Shown here piece after piece: positions 9,688-19,357 of a stretch of 64,000 bases of DNA. The DNA is from an uncultured Trueperaceae bacterium (GTDB lineage: Bacteria; Deinococcota; Deinococci; Deinococcales; Trueperaceae). The stretch lies in contig CAWFFU010000011.1 of NCBI GenBank assembly GCA_963815215.1, positions 576,001 to 640,000 of the forward strand. Direction: 5' to 3'. The translations under genes were made by a program, and so were the position numbers. The first letter of the stretch is position 1. Every line of letters starts with the position of its first letter. The notes beneath the pieces are model-generated. The model was not told the origin of the DNA and did not search any database. It saw nothing but the letters and a program-made list of their open reading frames with translations.

Positions 9688-10514
9688 GACTGCTGCGCCT
9701 GGTCGTGACGCGTGCGGCCTTCTACGCCGTGGCCGCCCTGTTCGCCTGCTTCTTCGCGGTGCCGCTGGTGTGGCTGCTGTTCGCGCCGTTCGATGCGCGC
9801 GCCAACCTGGCCGTAAGCCTGCCGCACCCCTTCACCCTGGCCAACTTCGGGAAGGTGTTCGCCAACGCCTTCGCGGTGCGCGCGCTGTTCCAGAACAGCA
9901 TCATCCAGGCGGGCGGCGCCATGCTGCTGGTGACGCTGCTGGCCACCTTGGCCGCCTACGCCCTGTCGCGCGCGCCGATCCGCGGCAAGGACATGCTGTC
10001 GTACGGTCTGGTGCTCTTCTCGTCGATCGTGACCGGAACGGCGGCGATGGTGCCGCTGTTCCTGCTGATCTATTCGCTGGGCCTGATCGACACCCAACTC
10101 GGCGTGGTCCTGGTCTTCACGGGCGGGCTATTGCCCGCGGCGATCTTCATCATGCGCGACTTCGTCGACTCGATCCCGCGCTCCTACGAGGAGTCGGCCC
10201 TGGTGTCGGGCGCGTCGCCGTGGGGCATGTTCCGGGACATCGCGCTGCCGATCGTGCGGCCCGGCATGATGGTGGTCGCCGTGTGGACCTTCGTCAACGT
10301 GTGGGGCGGCTTCTTCGTGCCCTTCATCCTGCTGAGGAGCCCGGCCAACATGCCGGCCTCGGTGGCCATCTACTCCTTCTACACCGAGGGCGGGACGCCC
10401 ATCATCACCCTTACCACGGCGTACTCGCTGCTCTACACCATCCCCGTCCTGGCGCTCTACCTCTTCGTCAACTGGCGCTACGGCTTCCGCTTCTTCGGCG
10501 GCATCAAGTCCTAG
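9684..10514 (+). CDS. Carbohydrate ABC transporter permease
   Basis: ATGA overlap with the previous gene; EESALVSGAS EAA loop; TM segments. Confidence 0.92.
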   Translation: MRLLRLVVTRAAFYAVAALFACFFAVPLVWLLFAPFDARANLAVSLPHPFTLANFGKVFANAFAVRALFQNSIIQAGGAMLLVTLLATLAAYALSRAPIRGKDMLSYGLVLFSSIVTGTAAMVPLFLLIYSLGLIDTQLGVVLVFTGGLLPAAIFIMRDFVDSIPRSYEESALVSGASPWGMFRDIALPIVRPGMMVVAVWTFVNVWGGFFVPFILLRSPANMPASVAIYSFYTEGGTPIITLTTAYSLLYTIPVLALYLFVNWRYGFRFFGGIKS

Positions 10515-10525
10515 GAGAAGGTCCT

Positions 10526-11617
10526 TTGGCACGCGTTTCGTTCGACCACGTCAGCAAGCACTTCGGCACCGTCCGAGCCGTCGACGATGTCTCGTTCGAC
10601 ATCGTCGACGGGGAGTTCATCTGCCTCCTGGGGCCGTCCGGCTGCGGCAAGACCACCACCTTGCGGTTGATGGCCGGGCTCGAGCAACCGACCAGCGGGC
10701 GGATCACCGTAGACGACCACGACGTCACCTTCGCCAAGCCCAAGGAACGCGACGTGGGCATGGTCTTCCAGGACTACGCCCTGTTCCCACACATGACCAT
10801 CGCCGAGAACATCGCCTATCCGCTGAAGGTGCGGGGAACGGCAGGCAAGGACCGGGAGGCGCGGACCCTGGACGTGGCCAGGAGCCTCGGCATCGAGCAC
10901 CTGCTCGAGCGCCGCCCCGGCCAGATCTCGGGCGGCCAGCAGCAGCGCACCTCCGTCGCCCGGGCGGTCGTGCACAAACCCAAGGTGTTCCTGTTCGACG
11001 AGCCCCTGTCCAACCTCGACGCCAAGCTGCGGATCGAGGCGCGCAGCTTCCTCAAGCACCTGCAGGTCGAGCTGGGCGTCACCGCCCTCTACGTCACGCA
11101 CGACCAGGCCGAGGCGATGGCGTTGGCGGACCGCATCGCCGTCATGGAAGGCGGGCGGGTCGTGCAGATGGGGCCGCCGCTCGACGTCTACCGCAAGCCC
11201 CTCACGACCTTCGTGGCCAGCTTCCTCGGCAACCCGCCCATGAACCTCGTGCCGGTGACGCTGCGGCTCGGGGGAGCCAGCGCGAAGCTGGAGGCCGAGG
11301 GCCTCGAGGTCGACCTGAGCGCCATGCGCGCGCGACTGGCGGAGCAGTTCCGCGACGGCGCCGGCCTGACCCTGGGCGTCCGGCCGGAGCACCTCCGGCT
11401 GGTACCCGACGGAGGCGCGGCCACGTTGACGGGGACCGTCTATACGGTCGAGCCGCTCGGCCCCGAGACGCTCATCACCTGCACCGTGGACAGTCAGCTC
11501 GTGACGGCCCGGATCTTCGGTGACGAGCCCCCCGACCTCGGGCACACGGCGCACTTCCGCATCGACGAGCACCATCTCGAGCTCTTCGACGAGTCCGGCG
11601 TCCGGGTGGTGCGTTGA
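10526..11617 (+). CDS. Sugar ABC transporter ATP-binding protein (MalK/UgpC/MsiK family)
   Basis: TTG start with AGGAG RBS; GPSGCGKT, ISGGQQQR, FLFDEPLSNLD, YVTHDQ; C-terminal TOBE region. Confidence 0.93.
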   Translation: MARVSFDHVSKHFGTVRAVDDVSFDIVDGEFICLLGPSGCGKTTTLRLMAGLEQPTSGRITVDDHDVTFAKPKERDVGMVFQDYALFPHMTIAENIAYPLKVRGTAGKDREARTLDVARSLGIEHLLERRPGQISGGQQQRTSVARAVVHKPKVFLFDEPLSNLDAKLRIEARSFLKHLQVELGVTALYVTHDQAEAMALADRIAVMEGGRVVQMGPPLDVYRKPLTTFVASFLGNPPMNLVPVTLRLGGASAKLEAEGLEVDLSAMRARLAEQFRDGAGLTLGVRPEHLRLVPDGGAATLTGTVYTVEPLGPETLITCTVDSQLVTARIFGDEPPDLGHTAHFRIDEHHLELFDESGVRVVR

Positions 11618-13056
11618 CCACCGTCGTCCTCGAAGGCGCGGTGACGCGCGACGCGCGGGCCAACGGGCCCTACCTGCCCCTTCCCTTCGAGGTGCCCGCC
11701 GGCACGACCCGCATCGATGTGACGTACCGTTTCGACGACGGCCACATCCTCGACCTGGGCCTGTTCGACACCCATATCGCGAGCTTCCCGTCTGGCGAGG
11801 GATTCCGCGGCTGGAGCGGCTCGGCCCGGCGGCAGGTGTTCGTGGCCCGCGACGGCGCTACCCCCGGCTACCTGGGCGGCGCGATCGACGCCGGGACCTG
11901 GCAGGTCGTGCTGGGGCTCGCGCATCTCGGCCCTGCGCCCTGCCACTACCGCGTCGAGATCACGACCGACAGCGCGCCACGAGCCCAGGTGGCCGAGTCC
12001 CGCCCAAGGTCCGTGACGGTGCCCGGTCCGCGCTGGTTCCGTGGCGACCTCCACAGCCACAGTTACTACAGCGACGCGAGAGGCTCGCTCGACGATCTCC
12101 TGGCCGCCGCCAGGGCCCGACATCTCGACTTCCTGGCGGTCACCGACCACAACACCGTGGGCCACCACGTGCCGGCGCGGGCGGCGAGCAGCAGCGACCT
12201 GGTCATCCTGCCCGGCGAGGAGATCACCACCTACCACGGGCACGCCAACGTCTGGGGCGTGACGGGCTGGGTCGACTTCCGCATCACCCGCCCCGGCGAC
12301 GTCGAACGGCTGGTCGAACACGTGCACCGTCGGGGCGGACTGTTCGCCGTCAACCACCCTCGTCACTCCCCGGGCTGCATCGGCTGCGACTGGGAACACC
12401 CCATCCCCGACACCATCGACGTCTTCGAGGCCTGGAACGGGCCTTGGGCCTATCGCAACTGGGAAGCGCTGGAGCGTTACGACGCGCTCCTGCGGCGCGG
12501 CCTACGTCCGACGCTGGTGGGCGGTAGCGACCGCCACCAGCCCGGGTGGCCGGACACCGACCCCGAGAGCCTGTGGGTCGGCTCCCCCACCACCTGGTTC
12601 CACCTCGATGCGCTGTCGGAAGCAACGCTGCTCCAAGGGCTCGCCGGCGGCCGCGCGTTCGTCAGCGAGGGGCCGCAGGGGCCACGCCTCGACCTCGAGG
12701 CCGAGGGCGCCGGCATGGGGTCGACGGTGCGGGCACCTGCCGGTCGGCGCCTCAGGGTGAGCGCGTCCGTCGAGGGCGCCGTCGGGTCGCTCCTGCGCTA
12801 CGTCGGCGCGCACGGTGTCGTGCGCGAGGTTCCGATCACGAGCGAGCGCTTCGACGACCACTTCGCCTGGCCGGTCGACGGTCCCTTCCTGCGGGCCGAG
12901 GTGCTGGCCGTGGGAGACGAGGTTGCCGTGACGGAGCAGTTCGAGGCGTTGCGAGCGCTGGGGAAGGTGCCGCACGGCTTGTCGCTCGACGAGGTCCTGG
13001 GCCAGCCCCGCAGGCGGGCGCTGTCGAATCCGGTGTACGTCAGGACGGACGCCTAG
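11614..13056 (+). CDS. PHP-domain metallohydrolase (CehA/McbA-like)
   Basis: GDLHSHS, TDHN, GEEITT..GHAN, NHP, GGSDRH metal-binding motifs; C-terminal SNPVY. Confidence 0.85.
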   Translation: MTTVVLEGAVTRDARANGPYLPLPFEVPAGTTRIDVTYRFDDGHILDLGLFDTHIASFPSGEGFRGWSGSARRQVFVARDGATPGYLGGAIDAGTWQVVLGLAHLGPAPCHYRVEITTDSAPRAQVAESRPRSVTVPGPRWFRGDLHSHSYYSDARGSLDDLLAAARARHLDFLAVTDHNTVGHHVPARAASSSDLVILPGEEITTYHGHANVWGVTGWVDFRITRPGDVERLVEHVHRRGGLFAVNHPRHSPGCIGCDWEHPIPDTIDVFEAWNGPWAYRNWEALERYDALLRRGLRPTLVGGSDRHQPGWPDTDPESLWVGSPTTWFHLDALSEATLLQGLAGGRAFVSEGPQGPRLDLEAEGAGMGSTVRAPAGRRLRVSASVEGAVGSLLRYVGAHGVVREVPITSERFDDHFAWPVDGPFLRAEVLAVGDEVAVTEQFEALRALGKVPHGLSLDEVLGQPRRRALSNPVYVRTDA

Positions 13057-13232
13057 AGCGACGCGGCCGAGCTGCAGGCGAGATTGGTCGGCACTACACG
13101 GTCGAACGGCGCTGGCCGCGTCGGCGACCCGATCGGGAAACGGTGAGAGCGCAGCCGTCGTATCGTGGCATCCGCGCTGCGGGGCCGGCGTCCACGTGCC
13201 GCTCCAAATCGTCAGATACGCAGGAGGTGTTC

Positions 13233-14102
13233 GTGGACTTCCGAAGTCAATCGATCGACGTGGGACCCCAAACGCTCCACGTCCGTACGGCCGGCGATCC
13301 GTCCAACCCCACGCTGCTGCTTCTTCACGGCCTGGGATCGACCTCCCACATCTGGGACCTCGTCGCACCGCTCCTGGTCGAGCGCTATTACTTAGTGGCC
13401 CCCGACCAGCGCGGCCACGGACGATCCGGCAAGCCCGCTTCGGGCTACGGCTGGCAGGACGTATGCACCGACGCCGTGGGATTGCTCGATCACCTCGACG
13501 TCCCGAGCGTCCACGTCATGGGCCACTCTTGGGGAGGTGACGTCGCGCTCGAACTGGCGATTCGGCACCCCGACAGGGTCGCCACGCTGGGGCTCATCGA
13601 CGGCGCCATCATCGACTTCCAGGCGCACCTGAGCTGGACGGAGACCGCGCGCATGCTGGAACCCATGGACGTCTGGGGCATGACGCTGGCGCAGCTCGAG
13701 CACGCCATCGACGGCTGGCTGGTGTCGCTTCCGTCGCCAGAGCAGCGACGGATCATACTCGCCAACTACGAGCAGCGCGTCGACGGCACGGTCGCGCCAT
13801 GGCTGGCACGCGATGCCAATATGGAGATTGCGCGCGCCCTTTGGGAGCACCGGCCTCCCCGGCTCTACTCCGGCGTGCGCGCCCCGACGCTGATGGTCCA
13901 CGCACTCCCGCCCGAGCCGCGCTCGGATGAGGACGACATGTTCCTGGCGTGGCGCAGAGAGTGCGCCGCCGCCGCGGAGCGGGACATCGACCGGGTGAGC
14001 GTTGTGCGTTACCGCGATACCGTGCACGACGTGCCGCTGCAGCGGCCGGAGCAGCTGGCCAAGGACTGGCAGGTGCTCCTCACCAGGTTCGCCGTGACCT
14101 AG
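13233..14102 (+). CDS. Alpha/beta fold hydrolase
   Basis: AGGAGG RBS before GTG 13233; LLHGLG, DQRGHG, GHSWGG nucleophile elbow, C-terminal catalytic His (VHDVP). Confidence 0.88.
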   Translation: MDFRSQSIDVGPQTLHVRTAGDPSNPTLLLLHGLGSTSHIWDLVAPLLVERYYLVAPDQRGHGRSGKPASGYGWQDVCTDAVGLLDHLDVPSVHVMGHSWGGDVALELAIRHPDRVATLGLIDGAIIDFQAHLSWTETARMLEPMDVWGMTLAQLEHAIDGWLVSLPSPEQRRIILANYEQRVDGTVAPWLARDANMEIARALWEHRPPRLYSGVRAPTLMVHALPPEPRSDEDDMFLAWRRECAAAAERDIDRVSVVRYRDTVHDVPLQRPEQLAKDWQVLLTRFAVT

Positions 14103-14950
14103 TTCGTCGAGCGGGGGTCAAACACGTCCCGCAAGGCGTCGCCCAGGAACGAGACCAGCAGCACGAGGAGCACGATCACGGCTCCCGGGAACAGGACCTG
14201 CGTGGCGTTGGTACTGATGTAGGACTTCGCGTCGTTGATCATCAGGCCGAGACTGGAGCCGGGTGGCTGGATCCCGAGTCCCAGCAGGCTCAACGTGGCC
14301 TCGGAGATGACCACGTTTGCGGCGTCCAAGGTAGCGCTGACGACGACGATGCCCATGAGGTTGCGTAACAGCGCGTGGAACATCACGTAGCTGCTGGTCG
14401 CGCCGAGCGCGCGCGCCGCCTCGGTGAATTCCCGCTGCTTGAGCGAAAGGGTTACCCCACGTACGTACCGCGCCATCATCGGCCACCCTATGAGGGCGAG
14501 GGACCCGGCGGTCAGGATCAGCCTGCCCGTTCCGCCGTAGAGGTGCGACACCGCCGGCCCAAAGACGCCGGCGATCAGGATCGCGAAGAGCAAGCCAGGA
14601 AAGGCGAAGAGCACGTCTGTGAGCCGCGACAACACCTGGTCGATGAGGCCCCCGTAGTAACCCGCGAGAATGCCGACGCTAACGCCCAGCACGATGTTGA
14701 TGGACTCGACGAAGATGGTGATCACGAGGGTGACGCGGAGGCCGATCAACAGTCGGGCGAGCGTGTCGCGGCCGAGGCTGTCGGTACCCAGAGGGTGGTG
14801 CGCCGACGGGAACGCCAGGATGTTGGAGAAGTCGCCAACGGTAGGACTCGCCCTCCACAGCAGCGGCCCCAACGTGGCGGCGAGAACGACCAGGACGAGG
14901 GCGACGGAGCTTCCGAGGGCCTTGGGGTTTCGCACGAACCGCTTGCGCAT
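14099..14950 (-). CDS. Peptide/nickel-type ABC transporter permease (DppC/OppC-like)
   Basis: HPLGTDSLGRD, EFTEAARALGA, FLGDALRDVFDPR. Confidence 0.92.
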   Translation of the reverse strand: MRKRFVRNPKALGSSVALVLVVLAATLGPLLWRASPTVGDFSNILAFPSAHHPLGTDSLGRDTLARLLIGLRVTLVITIFVESINIVLGVSVGILAGYYGGLIDQVLSRLTDVLFAFPGLLFAILIAGVFGPAVSHLYGGTGRLILTAGSLALIGWPMMARYVRGVTLSLKQREFTEAARALGATSSYVMFHALLRNLMGIVVVSATLDAANVVISEATLSLLGLGIQPPGSSLGLMINDAKSYISTNATQVLFPGAVIVLLVLLVSFLGDALRDVFDPRSTN

Positions 14951-15894
14951 CACTCGTACCGAACTCTCGGGTCGAGGAACGTGTAAGAGATGTCCGTAAG
15001 CAGATTCATGACCACGACGGCGAACGCCAGCGCCAGCGTGATGGCCTCTACGACGGGATAGTCCCGCTGGTACAGGGACTGGACCGCGAGGTACCCGATT
15101 CCAGGAATCGCGAAGATGTACTCGATCACGAACGAGCCCGACACCAGGAACGCGGTAGCCGGCCCTACGTACGTGACGATCGGTATGAGTGCGTTCCTGA
15201 GGACGTGCCGGTTTCGAACGGCGCGCAGAGGAAGGCCCTTGGCATGTGCCGTGCGAACGTGGTCCTCGCTGAGCACCTCCAGGACGCTGTTTCGCGTTAA
15301 CCGCATGACGTAGGCACCGGCGCCGAGCGTGTACACGATGACGGGTAGGACGAGGTGCGACGGTGTGCCCCACCCGGCGACCGGCAACGACGGAAGGTGG
15401 TTGGCGTAGAGAGCGATGTCGAGCGCCAATAGCGTCGGCGCCAGCACGAAGTTGGGGATAGCGTAGAGCGCCAGCACCACCGACATGGCGACGTTGTCGA
15501 ACCACCGATCGTGGCGGATGGCCGCCGCCGTGCCCAATGGGATGCCCAGCAGCAGGGTGCACGCCAGGGCCAAGCCGCCGATCTCCAGCGACACCGGGAT
15601 GCTCCGGCCCAAGATCGCCACCACCGACTGCCCACGCTGAATATAGGACTGGCCGAAATCACCGTGCAGCGCATGCCACATGTAGTCGACGTACTGGACG
15701 AGGAAGGGGCGGTCGAGACCCATGGCATGCTTAAGCTTGGCGTACAGCGCGGCGTTCCGGTTGAATCCGAGCATGATCTGGACGGGATCGCCAGGCGCCA
15801 AATGGCCGACGAGGAACGTGAGGAAGCTAATGCCCACCAACACGAACACTAGGTTCACAAGCCGTGACGCGAGGTACCTCAGCACCGCCGGCAC
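14950..15894 (-). CDS. Peptide/nickel-type ABC transporter permease (DppB/OppB-like)
   Basis: APGDP, HGDFGQS, DHVRTAHAKGL, RDYPVV, LDPRVRY. Confidence 0.92.
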   Translation of the reverse strand: MPAVLRYLASRLVNLVFVLVGISFLTFLVGHLAPGDPVQIMLGFNRNAALYAKLKHAMGLDRPFLVQYVDYMWHALHGDFGQSYIQRGQSVVAILGRSIPVSLEIGGLALACTLLLGIPLGTAAAIRHDRWFDNVAMSVVLALYAIPNFVLAPTLLALDIALYANHLPSLPVAGWGTPSHLVLPVIVYTLGAGAYVMRLTRNSVLEVLSEDHVRTAHAKGLPLRAVRNRHVLRNALIPIVTYVGPATAFLVSGSFVIEYIFAIPGIGYLAVQSLYQRDYPVVEAITLALAFAVVVMNLLTDISYTFLDPRVRYE

Positions 15895-15999
15895 CGCGGC
15901 ATCGTGGCCCCGCTCTCTGACCGTCCAAGTGGAGAGCGCCCGGCGCGACCTCTGGCCGCCCTCCGGAGGCCTGTGCTTGCAGCGTGACGGATCACCATC

Positions 16000-17340
16000 T
16001 CAGGACGCTCTGGCGAGGCCCTCGAGCGTGGCCACGTCCATGAGATCCGCATGCTCGTCGAGGAAGGCGTCAAGGATCCGCTCTGCCAGCCCCGCGCCCG
16101 TGATGTGGGGATCGAGCATCAAGGCTTGAAGCGCCTTGGACCTGGAAGCTTCGGCGGCTGCCTCGGCCGCCAGCATCTGAATCGTTCCCTCCCGGTAGAG
16201 GAACGCGGTGATCATGTCTGGGAAGCGCTCGAAGGCTACGCCACGGACGCCGCTCGGGGTGGCCACGGCAGGCACCTCCACGATCATGTCGGCAGGCAGG
16301 CCCGGGATCTTGCCGCGATTCGGCACATTGGCGTTAGGGATGTACACGTTCTGGCCGTAGAACAGACCCCTGATCAACAGGCTCGGGGGGGTGTCGCCGA
16401 ACACGTCAGCGTGGAAAGCGCGCACCTGCCCGAGGTAGCTGTCGCTGTCGAGCTGACCCGCGGCCAGGGCCGCGTTGCGCTCGCGCCACTGCTCGGCCTC
16501 TCGAAGGTGGCCGTCGAAGTCGTAGCCCTTACAGGGTTGGAACTCGCAGGCATAGTGGAAGTACTCGCCGTAGTGTTCGTCGTTCTCGTGCAACCACAGC
16601 CCGTACGTCTGGTATAGGTGACGCCCGAAAGGCTGCCAGCCGTTCGAGTCCGCAGCTTCCAGCATCTTCGGCAGCAGGTCTTCGCCCGTGCTGACCCTGC
16701 GAATGTCGGTGATCCACACCGCGTGGTTGATCCCTGCACCTTCCACGTGGATGTCGGCCCCAGGTATACCCAGAGCCGGTCCGACGTTGTGGTCCCTGAA
16801 GTCCCATAGCCCATCACAGTAGCCGATCGCCCGAACCGAGGTGTACCGATTGACGGCTGACGCGATCCTGTCTTCGGGGTTAGTCAGGATGATCATAGTG
16901 GCGTCGGGCGCCAACGCCTCGACGTCGCGTGCAATCGCCATCACCAGAGGGATACAACGCAGACCGTGCGAGAGCCCGGCCGGACCGCGGTTCTCGGCCA
17001 GAGGATCCTCGAGACCGAACGCGTGGAGGATCTCCCAATCCTTCCGCCACGCGGCGATGCGGTCTTGCTCCGCCATCACGAGCACCGCGTGTGCGCCACG
17101 GAGGACGCTGCGCCGGTCGAGCGAGCTATCGATCTGGACCTCGACGCGGAGCGTCTCAGCCATCGATCGCGCAACCGCTTCCATGGGCGCGAGCCTGGCC
17201 GCATCAACATCCACGAGCGACAGCCTGGCTCCCGGTACAAGTACGTTCTCGAAAAGATCGAGCAGCGTGGGCGGACCGAAGTTCGCGCTGCCCACACCGA
17301 CAACGACCACGTGGAGCCCCCTACGACCAGAATGCACCAT
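16000..17340 (-). CDS. Family 4 glycoside hydrolase (NAD+/Mn2+-dependent; alpha-galactosidase/glucosidase-like)
   Basis: GVGSANF NAD-binding motif, TNPE, GYCDG, GINH, NRGKIPGLP..MIVEVPA, ALQALMLDP. Confidence 0.85.
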   Translation of the reverse strand: MVHSGRRGLHVVVVGVGSANFGPPTLLDLFENVLVPGARLSLVDVDAARLAPMEAVARSMAETLRVEVQIDSSLDRRSVLRGAHAVLVMAEQDRIAAWRKDWEILHAFGLEDPLAENRGPAGLSHGLRCIPLVMAIARDVEALAPDATMIILTNPEDRIASAVNRYTSVRAIGYCDGLWDFRDHNVGPALGIPGADIHVEGAGINHAVWITDIRRVSTGEDLLPKMLEAADSNGWQPFGRHLYQTYGLWLHENDEHYGEYFHYACEFQPCKGYDFDGHLREAEQWRERNAALAAGQLDSDSYLGQVRAFHADVFGDTPPSLLIRGLFYGQNVYIPNANVPNRGKIPGLPADMIVEVPAVATPSGVRGVAFERFPDMITAFLYREGTIQMLAAEAAAEASRSKALQALMLDPHITGAGLAERILDAFLDEHADLMDVATLEGLARAS

Positions 17341-17593
17341 GGACGTCCCACCCTTCCAACATGCGATGTCAGCTCGACCGCATCACGCCATCTGCCGACC
17401 ACCACCGCGACCGCCAACGACACATCCCAAAGCGCCGGCACTCGCGGCTAGTCGGGACTGGAAATGTGACATGCGGCAAGTGCCGCGACCGCACATCTGG
17501 AATCCCGCCCCACGTACCTTCCTGGTCCGCAGGAACGAATCATACCGCCTAGGCGTAGGCGCGCGACCGCTATCGTCGACCGCGGACGGGCTC

Positions 17594-17640
17594 TTGACAC
17601 TCTCCCGCCCGGCGCATAGTTTGGATTAGGACCGAACCAA
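17594..17640 (+). promoter_or_regulatory. Sigma70-type promoter with an imperfect TTGG-N12-CCAA operator-like site
   Basis: TTGACA (17594), 17 nt, TAGTTT (17617); TTGGATTAGGACCGAACCAA at 17621-17640. Confidence 0.55.
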
Positions 17641-17711
17641 TCGGTACATGCAGCGCACCTCGACCGGCACGATTCAGCCGCGAGCGGCGTTGCCCGGAGA
17701 GAGGGTGCACC

Positions 17712-19286
17712 ATGATGACGAAGCACCGGGCCCACTGGTGGATTGTGTCTATCGCCTGTATCGTGGCCCTAGGTTGGGCTGCGAGCACGGCTGGCGCCCA
17801 AGAGGGCCCCACGCTCACCATCTCCGACGAGGGCATCGCCGACCTACCTACGATCGACCCCCATCTCGCCGGTGACACCAACACGGCCCTCGTCGATAAC
17901 CTGCTCTTCAACGGCCTGACGCGGATCGACAAGACGGGTACGGCGGTGCCTGACCTTGCCACCTGGACCGTCTCCAACGGCGGCAAGACCTACCTATTCA
18001 CTCTCAACAAAGCAGCCCGCTTCTCCGACGGCAATGCGATGACCGCCGATGACGTCGCTTGGTCGCTGGAGCGTGCCCTGTCGCCGGCCATCACCAGCAA
18101 GGGTGGGTTCGGGATCAGCATGATGAGCCTGATCGACGGCGCGAATGCCTACAATAGCGGCAAGGCGACGTCCATCACAGGGATCCATGTGCAATCGCCG
18201 ACGCAGCTCCAGATTGACCTCACCGCCGGCGCCGGTTACTTCCCGGCCGTCCTCAGCGGCTCTTGGGGAGCCATCCTCGAGAAGTCGGCAGGCGACAAGC
18301 TGATCGGCGCGGGACCGTTCATGCTCGAGAACTGGGCCCACGGTCAATCGATCACCGTCGTGGCCAATCCAAACTACCTTCATGGCACGCCCAAGCTGCA
18401 CTCCGTCGTCGTTCGCTTCTTCGCCGACCCCGACACGGCCTTCAACGCTTACCTCACGGGCTCCGTTGACGTCATGGGCGTCGTCCACTTCCCATCGGCG
18501 AAGCTGACGCAGGCCCGGCAGCTCCCGGGCTTCCAGGCGAGCCCTCTCCTGGGGACGACGTACCTGGTGCCGAACGCGAAGACGGCGCCCTTCATGAACG
18601 CCAAGGTCCGGCTGGCGTTCTCCCAGGCGATCGACCGCAAGGCCATCGCTCAACTCCTCTCGGGCTTGGTGCACCCTAGCGACCGCGTGCTGCCGCCAGG
18701 GATCGCCTGCTACGATGCGACTTTGAGCGTGCCGGGATACGATCCGGCGGCCGCCCGCAAGGACCTTGCCGACGCTGGCTATCCTGACGGCCAAGGGCTT
18801 CCGCCTATCACCTACACGTACGGCGCGAACGGACCCGACATGGACCGCATCGCGGCCGCCCTGCAGCAGATGTGGCAGCAGAACCTGGGCGTGCATGTGA
18901 GCCTTAACGCGATGGAGATGGGGTCGTACTTCAAGGCCCTGGACGCTCGCGACTTCCAGGTGGCGATGATCGAGTGGGGCGCAGACTACCCCGACCCGCA
19001 GGACTTCCTGAGCCTCCAGCTCCAGTCCGGGGGACAGGCCAACAACTCGGGCTTCAGTAGCGCCCAGTTCGATCAACTGACCAGCGAGGCGGACGTCAGC
19101 AGCAACCAGGCCCAGCGCTGCCAACTCTACGAACAGGCCGAGAAGGACGCACTCGACGCCGCGGCCTGGATGCCGCTGTACAACCCGTCCGAGAACGTGC
19201 TCATCCGGCCTACAGTTAGTGGACTGACGGTGGGGCCGCTGGGTCTCTACACCGACAACTGGGCGACGGTCAACATCGGCAAGTAG
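17712..19286 (+). CDS. Peptide/nickel-type (family 5) ABC substrate-binding protein
   Basis: Signal peptide; LFNGLTR, FSDGNAMTADDV, GAGPF, WGADYPDPQDFL. Confidence 0.9.
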   Translation: MMTKHRAHWWIVSIACIVALGWAASTAGAQEGPTLTISDEGIADLPTIDPHLAGDTNTALVDNLLFNGLTRIDKTGTAVPDLATWTVSNGGKTYLFTLNKAARFSDGNAMTADDVAWSLERALSPAITSKGGFGISMMSLIDGANAYNSGKATSITGIHVQSPTQLQIDLTAGAGYFPAVLSGSWGAILEKSAGDKLIGAGPFMLENWAHGQSITVVANPNYLHGTPKLHSVVVRFFADPDTAFNAYLTGSVDVMGVVHFPSAKLTQARQLPGFQASPLLGTTYLVPNAKTAPFMNAKVRLAFSQAIDRKAIAQLLSGLVHPSDRVLPPGIACYDATLSVPGYDPAAARKDLADAGYPDGQGLPPITYTYGANGPDMDRIAAALQQMWQQNLGVHVSLNAMEMGSYFKALDARDFQVAMIEWGADYPDPQDFLSLQLQSGGQANNSGFSSAQFDQLTSEADVSSNQAQRCQLYEQAEKDALDAAAWMPLYNPSENVLIRPTVSGLTVGPLGLYTDNWATVNIGK

Positions 19287-19303
19287 CGACCTCGCTCGAC
19301 CTC

Positions 19304-19344
19304 AGGTGGCCGGCGCCGACCCAACAGATCGGCGCCGGCCACCT
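19304..19344. terminator. Probable bidirectional terminator between convergent genes
   Basis: 16-bp perfect stem AGGTGGCCGGCGCCGA / TCGGCGCCGGCCACCT with a 9-nt loop. Confidence 0.7.
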
Positions 19345-19357
19345 CCCGCCAGGCCCT

